DNA of 64,000 nt, taken from an uncultured Bacteroidales bacterium. Lineage in GTDB: Bacteria > Bacteroidota > Bacteroidia > Bacteroidales > UBA932. Positions 21,416-31,424 of the stretch are shown one piece after another. Each line of letters begins with the position of its first letter. Position 1 is the stretch's first letter. Both the position numbers and the translations under genes were made by a program. The notes beneath the pieces are model-generated. The model did not search any database. It saw only the letters and a program-made list of their open reading frames with translations, and was not told where the DNA came from. The stretch spans positions 18,444-82,443 of the forward strand of contig CALUUA010000002.1 in assembly GCA_944323845.1 (NCBI GenBank), written 5' to 3'.

Positions 21416-22882
21416 TCATCCCCGGGACTGTGCCGACAATACCGCTGAAATGAATTTGTTTTTCTCCGTCGTGCTGGAATATACCCGGTCATACCCGCAT
21501 TCCGGACACCATCCACCGCCGAGCAGGACATATTCGAGAGAAGAGGTAAATCTGTGCCCGTTCTCGCATTCCCATAAAAACATGGACCCGCGTTTGCCCA
21601 CAGCATCGGCAGGAGTGGCAGGGCCGAGGAATTTTCCTCCGCGGAATCCGGCGGCAGCCGCGATTTCCTCCTCCGTAAGACTGTAGACTGACCGGCTGTC
21701 ATCATATCCCTTCGGAATATCCGTCACCTGACCGGCCTCACGCGCTTTCTCCAGATTTTTCTCAAGATGAGGCGGGCGGACCTGCTCCCACGTCCTGATG
21801 CTTTCATACTCTTCACGGGAACCGTAATAAGCCTTCAGCTTTTCTTCATCGTTTTTCGCCCACGACTGGGTTCCGAGCCCGTCTTCAAAAGCCAGAGGCC
21901 GCATGAAAGCCTTTATCAGGCATGAAGGCACAAGCCTCGCCAGAGAGTAATACCATGGCAGGCGTCCGGCCAGACCGGCAAAATACTCCGCGACAGGGAC
22001 ATTCGCCCTGAAATGCAGATAATTCTCGAGAATGTCCGCATCCTTGTACCACATTCCGTGGAAATTGCGGGTGGCGAACCACTGCGGTTCGAAAACTTTC
22101 TCTACGGAACAGATTCCCAGCGGCTTCAGCAACAGATTCTCGAAATCATAATTTACAAGCCTGTAGTCCTCCCCGCTGCTTATGTTATAGAACCTGTTCC
22201 AGAACTCGTCAGGCACCCAGTCTTCCACAACATTGGCCAGAACACGGCCGGAATCCTCGATTGTAGCCCATTCGAGCACTCCGCTTACCGGAACATGGAG
22301 TGCCGTAGGATTTATCTGCTTGAAAATGCCCGGATACAGGATGCCTGTCTGCCGAAGGGACACCCACCACCTGATGCCGGAATCCGCTATCACACGCTCC
22401 GCCACACATTTGGATACCGAATACTTGTCATATTTGCTTGCATATACCGGTTCGCCGGCCTCTCCCCAATGCAGCGGCGGCATTCTGTCTCCGCACTGCG
22501 CCACAGACCCTATATATACCACCTTGATATTTTCGTGTCCGGGCTGTGCCAGAACCGCCCGGACAATGTTTTCAGCCGCGGTTATATTGGTCTTCAACGT
22601 CTTTTCAGGGAAATAGTCGGCCGCAGGAGATACCATGCCCCCCACATGAAGCACGAAATCCGATCCGGTCACGCCCCGAAGCACATCCTCATAATCCGTA
22701 AGGTCGCCCCAGATTACCGTCACATCGGGATCATCCCGGAACGGAGCCAGTTTTTTCAGATTTTTCCGGCTCGGACGTGCGATTATCCTTATATTGAACC
22801 TGTCTTTCTTCTTCAACAATTCCTGAAATCCGGCCCATCCCATATTGCCGGTGGCACCGGTCAAAAAAACGGTTTTTTTCAT
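21416..22882 (-). CDS. Extended SDR NAD(P)-dependent oxidoreductase/epimerase with C-terminal zinc-ribbon-like motif
   Basis: TGATGNMG Rossmann motif, YSVSK catalytic motif, C-terminal WECENGH...WCPEC. Confidence 0.85.
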   Translation of the reverse strand: MKKTVFLTGATGNMGWAGFQELLKKKDRFNIRIIARPSRKNLKKLAPFRDDPDVTVIWGDLTDYEDVLRGVTGSDFVLHVGGMVSPAADYFPEKTLKTNITAAENIVRAVLAQPGHENIKVVYIGSVAQCGDRMPPLHWGEAGEPVYASKYDKYSVSKCVAERVIADSGIRWWVSLRQTGILYPGIFKQINPTALHVPVSGVLEWATIEDSGRVLANVVEDWVPDEFWNRFYNISSGEDYRLVNYDFENLLLKPLGICSVEKVFEPQWFATRNFHGMWYKDADILENYLHFRANVPVAEYFAGLAGRLPWYYSLARLVPSCLIKAFMRPLAFEDGLGTQSWAKNDEEKLKAYYGSREEYESIRTWEQVRPPHLEKNLEKAREAGQVTDIPKGYDDSRSVYSLTEEEIAAAAGFRGGKFLGPATPADAVGKRGSMFLWECENGHRFTSSLEYVLLGGGWCPECGYDRVYSSTTEKNKFISAVLSAQSRG

Positions 22883-22908
22883 ATTCGTCCGTAATGTCTT
22901 TTACAAGA

Positions 22909-24096
22909 TTACCTGCGGCGCAGCCAGGATTCCGGATTCTGAGGCTTGGAACCCTGCCATATCTGGAAATGCAGCTGCGTCTCCCCGTTTATGGTATCCA
23001 CAGTGCCTATTTTCTGTCCTGTCCTGACCTTGTCCCCCGGCTTGACTGCCGTAGTCTTCAATTTGCAATAGAACGTAAAGTAGGTGCCGTGCTCCACAAG
23101 GACGCACTGATTGTATCCCGGCATGACCACTATCTGCTTCACCACGCCGTTGAATACGGCATCCACCTCCGTCCCTTTCGGCAGGGCTATGCTGATTCCG
23201 TTGTTGAACGGCAGTTTGACATTGGTGAATACAGGATGATAATGCTGGCCGAATCTGTCCACGACAGGGCCCTGCGCCGGCCACGGGAGCTTGCCTTTGT
23301 TCTTTGAAAATTCATCAGCCAGCTTGTAATCCACCGTCTCCCGGCCTTTCTTGCCTTCGGACGCTTCTTTCATGGCCTCCTCGATGATTCTCTTTATTTC
23401 CTTGTCCAGAGCCTCCACCTGCTTCTTCTTCGCGGCAAGCTCCTTCAGATACTTGCTCCTGTTCTTTTTCAGCTGGGCCACGATGCCGGCAGCCACCTTC
23501 TCGGACTTCTGCAGGGCGGCCAGCTCATCCTGCCGTTCCGCACGCAGGGCTTCCGCCTCGGCCTTGAGTTTCCTCAGATGCGTTTTCTGCCCCTCCAGCT
23601 CTTCCCGCGTTTTCCTGATATTGTCAGCCTGGACTCTGGCCTGGGCTGACATGTTCTTGAAATAACTGTATCTGCGGAAGGCCTGCCCCATGTCGTCGCT
23701 CGCAAGGATATACATGTACCACACCTTGGCATCCCTGTTCTTGTATGCGTTCCTGATAAGTCCGGCATAAAATTCGGATAAGGTGTCGAGTTTCGCGTTC
23801 AGCCGGTTTATCTTTCTCTGTGTCAGGTAAATATCATCGGAATAGCGGCGGATCTGCCTGTCGCTCGCCTGAATGAGAGCCTTGCTTCCGGCAATCTTCG
23901 CCCTCACCAGCGACAGTCTGGAAAGTTCGCTTCTGCTGCGGGACGCGTTTTCGGCAAGCTGCCTGTCGAGCATCTCTATCTCCTTTTCCAATGCGGCCTT
24001 GCGCTCCTCGAACTCTCTGGTATCCTGTCCGTAAACAGAAACGGCACAGAAGAGCATGACGGCCACGGCCAGAAACACTGATTTCCCCGTTTTCAT
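22909..24096 (-). CDS. envC: Murein hydrolase activator EnvC family (coiled coil + M23 domain)
   Basis: Signal peptide, long coiled coil, KGKLPWP, NNGISI, degenerate M23 (VEHGTYFTFY...LHFQIW). Confidence 0.85.
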   Translation of the reverse strand: MKTGKSVFLAVAVMLFCAVSVYGQDTREFEERKAALEKEIEMLDRQLAENASRSRSELSRLSLVRAKIAGSKALIQASDRQIRRYSDDIYLTQRKINRLNAKLDTLSEFYAGLIRNAYKNRDAKVWYMYILASDDMGQAFRRYSYFKNMSAQARVQADNIRKTREELEGQKTHLRKLKAEAEALRAERQDELAALQKSEKVAAGIVAQLKKNRSKYLKELAAKKKQVEALDKEIKRIIEEAMKEASEGKKGRETVDYKLADEFSKNKGKLPWPAQGPVVDRFGQHYHPVFTNVKLPFNNGISIALPKGTEVDAVFNGVVKQIVVMPGYNQCVLVEHGTYFTFYCKLKTTAVKPGDKVRTGQKIGTVDTINGETQLHFQIWQGSKPQNPESWLRRR

Positions 24097-25808
24097 CTGG
24101 ACTCCTTCTTCATTTCTCTTTTTCTCTGGCTGATACGGTTTTCCAGATCCTCGATCTCACCGTTGTTTATGGCCTTTGCCTGATTCCAGTAGAGGAATGC
24201 CAGATCATATTCTTTAAGGGCGAAGAGGACTTCGGCATAATGGTCCAGAATCACGGGGCTCTCCTTCCCGCCGTAAAGCATGACGGCGTTCTTGAAAAAC
24301 GGCTTGGCCTCCAGCGCCTTGCCCTGCAGATACAATATCCACCCGAATGTGTCCAGATAAGTGGAGTTCTGCGGCTCCAGCTCCACTGTCTTCTTGCTCA
24401 TGGCATAGGCCTTTTTCAGCTGCTTCTTCTCGAGACTCAGGAAGTATGCATAGTTGTTGAGGACAGGAACATAGTCAGGATTTACCTTCAAAGCCTTGTC
24501 ATAAGCCTTGAAAGCCTTCTTCTTCTCTCCGGTCTTGTAATACATGTCGCCCATGGTAGTATAGGCGTTGAGGACAGTCGCACTGTCTTCCGGAGCCATG
24601 TCCAGCACCTTGCCGCAGATGTCTATCACCTCACGGTAATTCCCGCGGTTATACTCGCCCAGGCTCGCATACTCCCAGAATGCCGGTTCGGACGGGAATC
24701 TGGCGGCTGCTTTCCTAGACTCTTCCACCAAGGCGTCCCATTTCTGCAGATACATCAGAAGTTCCACATATGTGGATGCGGCATACTCGCTCTGCGGCCA
24801 GTTCATGGCATTTTCGCGGAATATGGATTCAGCCCTGTCGCCGTCTCCTTTCGCATAATAATATATGCCGGTCATCACTGCGACCAGCGAATCCTTCGGA
24901 TACTTCTCCGAACACCTGTCCATCAGCGTATCCATCTGCGGGCCGAAACTTTTCATGAAATGTCCGTCCGCTGAACGGACCAGCAGATTCAGATAGCTGC
25001 ATTTCCCGGCTGCCGGCACGGAGTCATCGTCCACGAAACTTCGCAACAGGCTGAAATAACGGTCATACTGTCTGGTAATCCTGAATGTCTCGGCCTTGCC
25101 GAGCACGGCGGGAGTGAACGAAGGGTCTATATCCAGAGCCTCGTCATACATGGCAAGCGCCAGAGAGTCGTTATACATGGAAAGTTGCCTGTCTCCGAGC
25201 AGGGACAGGACCTGCGGGGAAGAATATGTCCTGTTGAATTCTTCCAGATATTCATATCCCTCATCTTCGCGGCCGAGCTTCCTCATAAGGTCGAACTTGG
25301 CCACGGCTGTCATGTCGTTGCTGCCGAAGACGGTCTCTATCTGGGTCAGCGTCTCCAGAGCCTTCTCCTGCATCCCCTGGCTCTGGTAAAGTTCGGCCAG
25401 AGTATAGTACAAGTCATATTTGTCCGGGAAATCCCTTATGAGATCTTCGAACATGGCCAGAGTCAACTCCTCTTTCCCCGCCGCCGAATAGACCATGGCC
25501 AGTCTGGAGCGATACCAGAAATTCGAGGAATCCAGTCTGACGGCCTCTTCCAGTTCGGCCTCCGCATTCTCTATATGGTTCATGCAGAATTCCGACAGGC
25601 CGAGATAAAAATGTGCCGCATCATTTTCGGGAACAGTACGGACAACCTCGCGCAGCAAAACCGCAGCGTCTTGGAACTTCTGGTCATTATAGTAATTTAC
25701 CGCCGTTATTATCTGGTTCTCCGCAAATTTCTCCTTGTGATCCTGCGCCTGCATCCCGAACGGGAAAAGCTGCAAGGACAGCATCAGCGTCAAAAAATAT
25801 TTCAGCAT
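24093..25808 (-). CDS. Tetratricopeptide-repeat protein, secreted
   Basis: Signal peptide from ATG 25808 (downstream of a -7 box at 25834-25841); many TPRs (AFKAYDKALKVNPDYVPVLNNYAYFL, STYLDTFGWILY). Confidence 0.88.
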   Translation of the reverse strand: MLKYFLTLMLSLQLFPFGMQAQDHKEKFAENQIITAVNYYNDQKFQDAAVLLREVVRTVPENDAAHFYLGLSEFCMNHIENAEAELEEAVRLDSSNFWYRSRLAMVYSAAGKEELTLAMFEDLIRDFPDKYDLYYTLAELYQSQGMQEKALETLTQIETVFGSNDMTAVAKFDLMRKLGREDEGYEYLEEFNRTYSSPQVLSLLGDRQLSMYNDSLALAMYDEALDIDPSFTPAVLGKAETFRITRQYDRYFSLLRSFVDDDSVPAAGKCSYLNLLVRSADGHFMKSFGPQMDTLMDRCSEKYPKDSLVAVMTGIYYYAKGDGDRAESIFRENAMNWPQSEYAASTYVELLMYLQKWDALVEESRKAAARFPSEPAFWEYASLGEYNRGNYREVIDICGKVLDMAPEDSATVLNAYTTMGDMYYKTGEKKKAFKAYDKALKVNPDYVPVLNNYAYFLSLEKKQLKKAYAMSKKTVELEPQNSTYLDTFGWILYLQGKALEAKPFFKNAVMLYGGKESPVILDHYAEVLFALKEYDLAFLYWNQAKAINNGEIEDLENRISQRKREMKKESR

Positions 25809-25833
25809 TTGGAATCCTCCTGTCAAATCTTTA

Positions 25834-25862
25834 CAAAAATAGCACAAAAACAGTTATCTTTG
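25834..25862. promoter_or_regulatory. Back-to-back Bacteroidota sigma70 -7 boxes (TAnnTTTG)
   Basis: TATTTTTG on minus strand at 25834-25841 (TPR gene) and TATCTTTG on plus strand at 25855-25862 (sigma gene). Confidence 0.55.
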
Positions 25863-25978
25863 AAAAAATTGCGACAATGATGCAACATTCATACTTGATG
25901 GAGCATCTTTTACGCGCAGGTTGAACGAAAAATGTTTGATTCCAGCGGTCTTACCGCTCAATATTTGGAGACGACACT

Positions 25979-26518
25979 GTGAACGGGACCTCGGAGCCAC
26001 GAATGATCGAGCTGTGCAGGAAAGGGGACAGAAACGCTCAGAAGGCCCTATTCGACCTGCTGGCGCCGCGGATGTATCCCGTATGCATCCGTTACGTCGG
26101 CGACAGGGAAGTGGCCTTGGATCTGCTTCAGGACGGATTCGTCACTCTCTTCTCCAAACTTGACTCCTACAAGGGGGAGGGATCGTTCGACGGCTGGGCA
26201 CGTCGCATCTTCATCAATACGGCACTGATGTACCTTAGAAAGAAAGATGCACTGAAAATGAGCGATGAGCTCGAAAACGCAAGGCATCTGAGTTCCGACC
26301 TTGAAGACCAGATGGACAACATCGGATACAAGGAACTCATGAAACTGGTGACATCGCTCCCGCCGGGATTCAGAACAGTGTTCAACATGTATGTCATAGA
26401 AGGGTACTCCCACAAGGAAATCGCCGGAATGCTGGGGATTTCGGAGACCACTTCCAGAACCCAGCTCAGCAGGGCCAGGGTATGGCTGCAAAACAAGATC
26501 AAGGAGAACGCCAGATGA
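25979..26518 (+). CDS. ECF RNA polymerase sigma factor (RpoE-like)
   Basis: CRKGDRNAQKALF, DLLQDGFV, FDGWARRIFIN, GFRTVFNMYVIEGYSHKEIAGMLGISETTSRTQLSRAR. Start may be GTG 25979 or ATG 26003. Confidence 0.92.
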   Translation: MNGTSEPRMIELCRKGDRNAQKALFDLLAPRMYPVCIRYVGDREVALDLLQDGFVTLFSKLDSYKGEGSFDGWARRIFINTALMYLRKKDALKMSDELENARHLSSDLEDQMDNIGYKELMKLVTSLPPGFRTVFNMYVIEGYSHKEIAGMLGISETTSRTQLSRARVWLQNKIKENAR

Positions 26519-27750
26519 TGGATGAGAGAAATATGTTCGATGCCCGTATCCGGGCAATTCTGGAAAATGCCGCGGAGGAAGTCCCTGCCGGGGCATGGGC
26601 CGGAATAGAAAAGCGTCTCCCGTCCAAAAAAGTCAGGACAGTGCCTCTGTGGGCAGGGGTGTTTTCCGGCATTGCTGCTGCAGCCGCAGCAGCGGCCGCC
26701 TTTTTCCTTTCAGGGACATCCGACAGCACGTTTTCAGACAGACAATATGACAGACTGGCTCTCGCGTCCGGAGATGATATCATAAGGATAGAAAACCGCG
26801 GGACTCCGAGCCTGTACCTTGCCGACATTCCGGCAGCACAGCCTCTGAAAGAGATCATGCGCCCTGTCTTCGGCGAAGAGACGGAGGCAGAATCAGGCAG
26901 TACCGATGTCACGACCGGTATTTCCGACAGCATTGCCGAAGGCACAGGGACGGCGGGAACAATAGAAGAAGAGAAAAGCATTGTCCGTGAGGACAGCATG
27001 ACGGCAAAACCGGAAAACGCGGCTCCGGAAGAGACTTACGGAACCGATTGGGCGGAAATCATGGCTGCGGATGAAAGGCAGGGGCGCAGGATCAGGACCT
27101 CCATCACCTTGTCCGGAAATGCGATAAGCAATTCGAATCCGGCTTTAAACAGGCAAAATTCCGCCATCATAAGCTATCGGCCGAACAAGAACACTCCCAA
27201 AAAGGACGTGGTCAGCGAGTCCGGAGAATCATCGTATTCGGTACCTGTATCATTCGGTGTCGGCGTCAAGATAGACTTCACCAAAAGATGGGCTCTCGGC
27301 GTGGGTGTGAATTATTCCCACCTCAGCAGGACATTCACAGGAACCTTTTTCGACTATGAAGACGGGGTGCTTGTATCGGACAACACATATTCGAATATCC
27401 TCAACAAGCAGGACTATATCGGCATTCCGCTGAATGTGTATTTCAGCATACTCAGCAACAGTTTCATAGATTTCTATGCATACGCAGGCGGCACTGCTGA
27501 GAAATGCGTGTCGAACCGGTTCCAGATGAGCGCAGAAGGGACGGACATCCACCATCGGGAAGCTGTCGAAGGCTTTCAGTTCTCGGTGAATGCAGGTCTG
27601 GGCATGGAATTCATCATCGCCGACCTGTTCGGAATATACATCGATCCGAGTCTCAGATATTATTTCCCTGACGCCAGACAGCCGCACAGCATCAGGACGG
27701 CCCAGCCGCTGATGTTCGGGCTGGAACTCGGCTTCCGCATAAGGCTGTGA
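26515..27750 (+). CDS. Dual-membrane-spanning anti-sigma-like protein (anti-sigma N-terminus, TM helix, acidic linker, outer-membrane beta-barrel)
   Basis: ATGA overlap with the sigma stop; EEVPAGAWAGIEKRL N-terminus, hydrophobic segment, low-complexity acidic linker, alternating beta-strand C-terminus (WALGVGVNYS, YIGIPLNV, GIYIDPSLRYYF, FGLELGFRIRL). Confidence 0.7.
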   Translation: MMDERNMFDARIRAILENAAEEVPAGAWAGIEKRLPSKKVRTVPLWAGVFSGIAAAAAAAAAFFLSGTSDSTFSDRQYDRLALASGDDIIRIENRGTPSLYLADIPAAQPLKEIMRPVFGEETEAESGSTDVTTGISDSIAEGTGTAGTIEEEKSIVREDSMTAKPENAAPEETYGTDWAEIMAADERQGRRIRTSITLSGNAISNSNPALNRQNSAIISYRPNKNTPKKDVVSESGESSYSVPVSFGVGVKIDFTKRWALGVGVNYSHLSRTFTGTFFDYEDGVLVSDNTYSNILNKQDYIGIPLNVYFSILSNSFIDFYAYAGGTAEKCVSNRFQMSAEGTDIHHREAVEGFQFSVNAGLGMEFIIADLFGIYIDPSLRYYFPDARQPHSIRTAQPLMFGLELGFRIRL

Positions 27751-27754
27751 CGGA

Positions 27755-28189
27755 TTACAGGGCGTCCGGCTCCGACCATTCGAGGACGCGGGCGCCGTCA
27801 TCCCTGACGGAAATGCCGACTGCAAGAGTCTCTTCGGGAAGCAGGCTTTCTATGTTTTCCGGCCATTCTATCAGACAGAGGTTTCCGCTGTCCACATAAT
27901 CGTAAAAGCCTATGTCCATGGCTTCGGACGGGCTGTTTATCCTGTAAAAATCAAAATGATACACCGGTTCCCCGCTTGCGGTCAGGTACTCGTTCACGAT
28001 AGTGAATGTCGGCGAGCAGACCGCATCTCCGACACCGAGCCTGCGGCACAGGGCCGTGGTGAAAGTAGTCTTCCCCGCACCCATAGGAGCATGGAATGCG
28101 ATGATTCTGTGATTCTTCGTCCTTTCCAGAAACTCTCCGGCGGCACGGTCAAGGTCCGCCAGATCCTTTATAATGATTTCGTTCCGCAT
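27755..28189 (-). CDS. tsaE: tRNA threonylcarbamoyladenosine biosynthesis ATPase TsaE
   Basis: APMGAGKTTF, CSPTFTIVNEY, YHFDFYRI, LIEWPE. Confidence 0.95.
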   Translation of the reverse strand: MRNEIIIKDLADLDRAAGEFLERTKNHRIIAFHAPMGAGKTTFTTALCRRLGVGDAVCSPTFTIVNEYLTASGEPVYHFDFYRINSPSEAMDIGFYDYVDSGNLCLIEWPENIESLLPEETLAVGISVRDDGARVLEWSEPDAL

Positions 28190-28264
28190 CTGAAAAACTT
28201 TTTCTGCCAAACAGCCGTAAAAATAGGGATAAAAATCCGACTATCCAGCAGAGACGCCTAAAAT

Positions 28265-29806
28265 TTACAGGAAGATATCTTTCCTGTCCAGCAGCCTGTA
28301 TCCTGCAGCTTCAGAGAGATGTTCCAGACTGATATCCTCCACCCCTTCCAGATCGGCTACAGTCCTGGACACTTTCAGTATCCGGCTGTAGGCTCTGGCC
28401 GAGAGACGTTCCGAAGATATAAGCCTTTCTAAAAATTCAGCTCCGGACTTCCCTGTCCTGCAATATCTTTCCATAAGCTGCCCGTTCATCTCGGCATTGG
28501 TATGTATCCCGTCTCCGGCAAACCTGCGGAGCTGGATCTGTCTGGCCGCGCAGACCCTTTTCGCGACATCGGCCGACGACTCCTCCTTCCGCCGCCTTAC
28601 GAGTCTGGATGCATCCACCGGAGAGAGCCACAGCTGGATGTCGATCCTGTCCATGACAGGACCGGACAATCTGGAAAAATACGCGGCCCGCTTGCCCGGA
28701 GTGCATGTACACCTGTCCCCGTCGCCGTAATAGCCGCACGGACATGGATTCGTGGCTGCGACCAGCATGAAGGACGACGGATACTCCACCTTGCTTTTCA
28801 GCCTGGATATGGTGACTTTCCTGTCTTCCATAGGAGCCCTCAATGCTTCGGTCACACGCTTGGGAGCCTCGCAGAACTCGTCCAGAAAAAGCACTCCGTT
28901 ATGTGCCAGGGATATCTCTCCGGGCATGATGCTGTCGGATCCTCCGCCTATTATGGCATTAAGCGATGAGCTGTAATGCGGAGACCTGAACGGGCGGGAA
29001 CGGACAAGTCCGCCACAGACTCCGCCCTTGCCCGCCACAGAATAGATCTTGCTCGTCTCCACAGCTTCAGCCGTGGTCATCGGAGGCAGTATGCCCGCCA
29101 TGGCCTTCGCCAAAGAACTCTTCCCTGAGCCGGGCGGCCCCACCAGAAGGACGTTATGCCCTCCGGCCGCCGCTATTTCAAGCCCCCTCTTGGCTTCCGT
29201 CTGACCGAAAATGTCCGAGAAATCCCCGACATCCTGCAGATGCTCAGCCCGCAATTCCGGAGACTCCCGGGCCATATTCCGGACCAGCAGATCCTGACAG
29301 TCCTCCCCTTTCAATATCCGGATGACATCCGTCAATACTGACACGCCGTATATCCTGCCGCTGCCGTATTCTACCGCTTCCATGGCGGACGATACGGGCA
29401 AAATGCATCCGCAGCCCGAAGATTCCGCCATCTCCACAATGGGAAGAGCACCCCTGACATCCCTGACAGTCGCATCCAGTCCGAGTTCGCCCATGATGAC
29501 ATATTTTCCCAGATCCGGCAGCTCTTCCTGACCGGACGAAGCGATTATGCCTATGGCTATGGGCAGGTCATAGCCGCTGCCTTTCTTGTGCATGTCTGCC
29601 GGGGCCAGATTGATGACTATCTTCTTCCCGGGTATCCTGTAGCCGACAGACTGCAGGGCAGTGATTGTCCTCAGCAGACTTTCCTTCACGGCGGCATCGG
29701 CAAGTCCGACCAGATGGATTCCGAGACCGGAAGAAACGTTCACCTCGACATTGACAGGGACAGCCTGTATGCCAATACATTTGGCGCTCGAAACAGTTGT
29801 AAGCAT
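28265..29806 (-). CDS. comM: YifB/ComM-family Mg-chelatase-like AAA+ ATPase
   Basis: GLADAAVKES, INLAPADMHKKGSGYDLPIA, GPPGSGKS, PFRSPH, PGEISLAHNGVLFLDE, LVAATNPCPCG, LSARAYSRILKVSRTVADL. Confidence 0.93.
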   Translation of the reverse strand: MLTTVSSAKCIGIQAVPVNVEVNVSSGLGIHLVGLADAAVKESLLRTITALQSVGYRIPGKKIVINLAPADMHKKGSGYDLPIAIGIIASSGQEELPDLGKYVIMGELGLDATVRDVRGALPIVEMAESSGCGCILPVSSAMEAVEYGSGRIYGVSVLTDVIRILKGEDCQDLLVRNMARESPELRAEHLQDVGDFSDIFGQTEAKRGLEIAAAGGHNVLLVGPPGSGKSSLAKAMAGILPPMTTAEAVETSKIYSVAGKGGVCGGLVRSRPFRSPHYSSSLNAIIGGGSDSIMPGEISLAHNGVLFLDEFCEAPKRVTEALRAPMEDRKVTISRLKSKVEYPSSFMLVAATNPCPCGYYGDGDRCTCTPGKRAAYFSRLSGPVMDRIDIQLWLSPVDASRLVRRRKEESSADVAKRVCAARQIQLRRFAGDGIHTNAEMNGQLMERYCRTGKSGAEFLERLISSERLSARAYSRILKVSRTVADLEGVEDISLEHLSEAAGYRLLDRKDIFL

Positions 29807-29904
29807 TTTTTTCGGCAAATGTCGGGGAGGCGGCGCAAATATTCGACAATAAAAAGAAAAATAATCGCTAAAAAAAGAAAAATTCCATAAGTTTGCACCA
29901 ATCT

Positions 29905-30663
29905 ATGAAAATACACATGCTGCGCAATTTCCTCATACAGACAGGACAATATTTCCTTTTCCTGAAAATAGTGTTCAGGAAACCGGAAAAATGGAAAATC
30001 TTCTGGAAACAGTTCTTTCTGGAAGCGGACAAGCTGATAGTTTCGTCAGTCGTCCTGGTATCTGTCATATCCATATTCATCGGAGGGGTTCTGGTAATCC
30101 AGACCGCCTCCAATATGAACAATCCTTTTCTGGACCGCATGCTGGTAGGATATATGGTGAGGGAAAGTCTCATTCTGGAGTTCTGTTCGACGATGGTGGC
30201 CCTCATTCTGGCAGGGAAAATAGGGTCGAATATTGCTTCCGAGCTCGGAAGCATGAGGATAACGGAACAGATTGACGCCATAGAAATGATGGGAGTGAAT
30301 TCAGCCTCGTTTCTGGTACTTCCCAAGATACTTTCAGCCACCCTGCTGAGTCCGCTGCTCGTCCTGCTCAGTTTCGTACTGGGTCTGGCAGGCGGCTGGA
30401 TAGTGGTGTGGATGACTTCGATCATCCCGCCGGCCAAGTATGCTGAAGGGCTGAGATACTTCTTCACGGAATTCTATATATTCTACAGCTGCTTCAAAAT
30501 GTCCATCTTCTGCTTCATGATAGCATCCATATCCGCATTCAAGGGATATTATGCCTCCGGAGGCACTCTGGGAGTAGGACGGGCCAGCACTGAATCCATC
30601 GTGATTTCATGCATACTCATCCTGATGTTTGACCTGATCATCACGCAGCTGATGCTTTACTGA
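29905..30663 (+). CDS. mlaE: MlaE-family ABC transporter permease
   Basis: AGKIGSNIASELGSMRITEQIDAIEMMG, VGRAST; -7 box TAAGTTTG at 29888-29895 favours ATG 29905. Confidence 0.9.
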   Translation: MKIHMLRNFLIQTGQYFLFLKIVFRKPEKWKIFWKQFFLEADKLIVSSVVLVSVISIFIGGVLVIQTASNMNNPFLDRMLVGYMVRESLILEFCSTMVALILAGKIGSNIASELGSMRITEQIDAIEMMGVNSASFLVLPKILSATLLSPLLVLLSFVLGLAGGWIVVWMTSIIPPAKYAEGLRYFFTEFYIFYSCFKMSIFCFMIASISAFKGYYASGGTLGVGRASTESIVISCILILMFDLIITQLMLY

Positions 30664-30671
30664 CCGGTATT

Positions 30672-31424
30672 ATGATCAAGATAGAACACTTGAACAAGAG
30701 TTTTTCAGACAATCATGTGTTGAAAGACATCTCCATAGAATACAGAAAGGGGGTGTGCAACATGATCATCGGGGCAAGCGGCTCCGGAAAAACCGTGCTT
30801 CTGAAAACCATCATCGGGCTGCTGACTCCGGACAGCGGCTCCGTGACATTCGACGGCAAGGACATTTCCGCCATGCCTTATGCCGAGAAGAAGCGTTTCC
30901 GCCAGAACATCGGGGTCCTGTTCCAGAACAGCGCACTCTTCGATTTCGCCACGGTGCTGGAAAATGTCATGTTCCCCATGGATTTCTTCACGGACTGGAG
31001 CAGGAAGGAGAAGATAGAACGTGCCGAATACTGTCTGGAACGCGTGAACGTACAGGGAAGCGACCGGAAATACCCGGGAGAGCTGAGCGGCGGAATGCAG
31101 AAAAGGGTCGGGATAGCCAGGGCCATCGCCCTTAATCCGAGCTATCTGATCTGCGACGAACCGAACTCCGGTCTGGATCCGGAGACATCCATCATGATAG
31201 ACCAGCTGATACACGGGCTGACGAAGGAATTCGGGATGACGACTGTCATCAATACGCATGACATGAACTCCATACTTGAAATAGGAGACAACATCGGCTT
31301 CCTCCATCAGGGGAAAATGCTCTGGCAGGGAGACCGTCACAGCATATTCGGGACAGACTGCAAGGAGCTGCGCAAATTCATCTGCGCGAACTCACTGGCC
31401 AGAAACATCATCGAAAAGGGTTGA
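30672..31424 (+). CDS. mlaF: MlaF-family ABC transporter ATP-binding protein
   Basis: Walker A GASGSGKT, signature LSGGMQKRV, DEPNSGLDP, adjacent to mlaE. Confidence 0.9.
   Translation: MIKIEHLNKSFSDNHVLKDISIEYRKGVCNMIIGASGSGKTVLLKTIIGLLTPDSGSVTFDGKDISAMPYAEKKRFRQNIGVLFQNSALFDFATVLENVMFPMDFFTDWSRKEKIERAEYCLERVNVQGSDRKYPGELSGGMQKRVGIARAIALNPSYLICDEPNSGLDPETSIMIDQLIHGLTKEFGMTTVINTHDMNSILEIGDNIGFLHQGKMLWQGDRHSIFGTDCKELRKFICANSLARNIIEKG

Noticed and set aside
29905-31424. mlaE-mlaF without mlaD
   Set aside because: Split mla genes are, to my knowledge, common in Bacteroidota; not distinctive.
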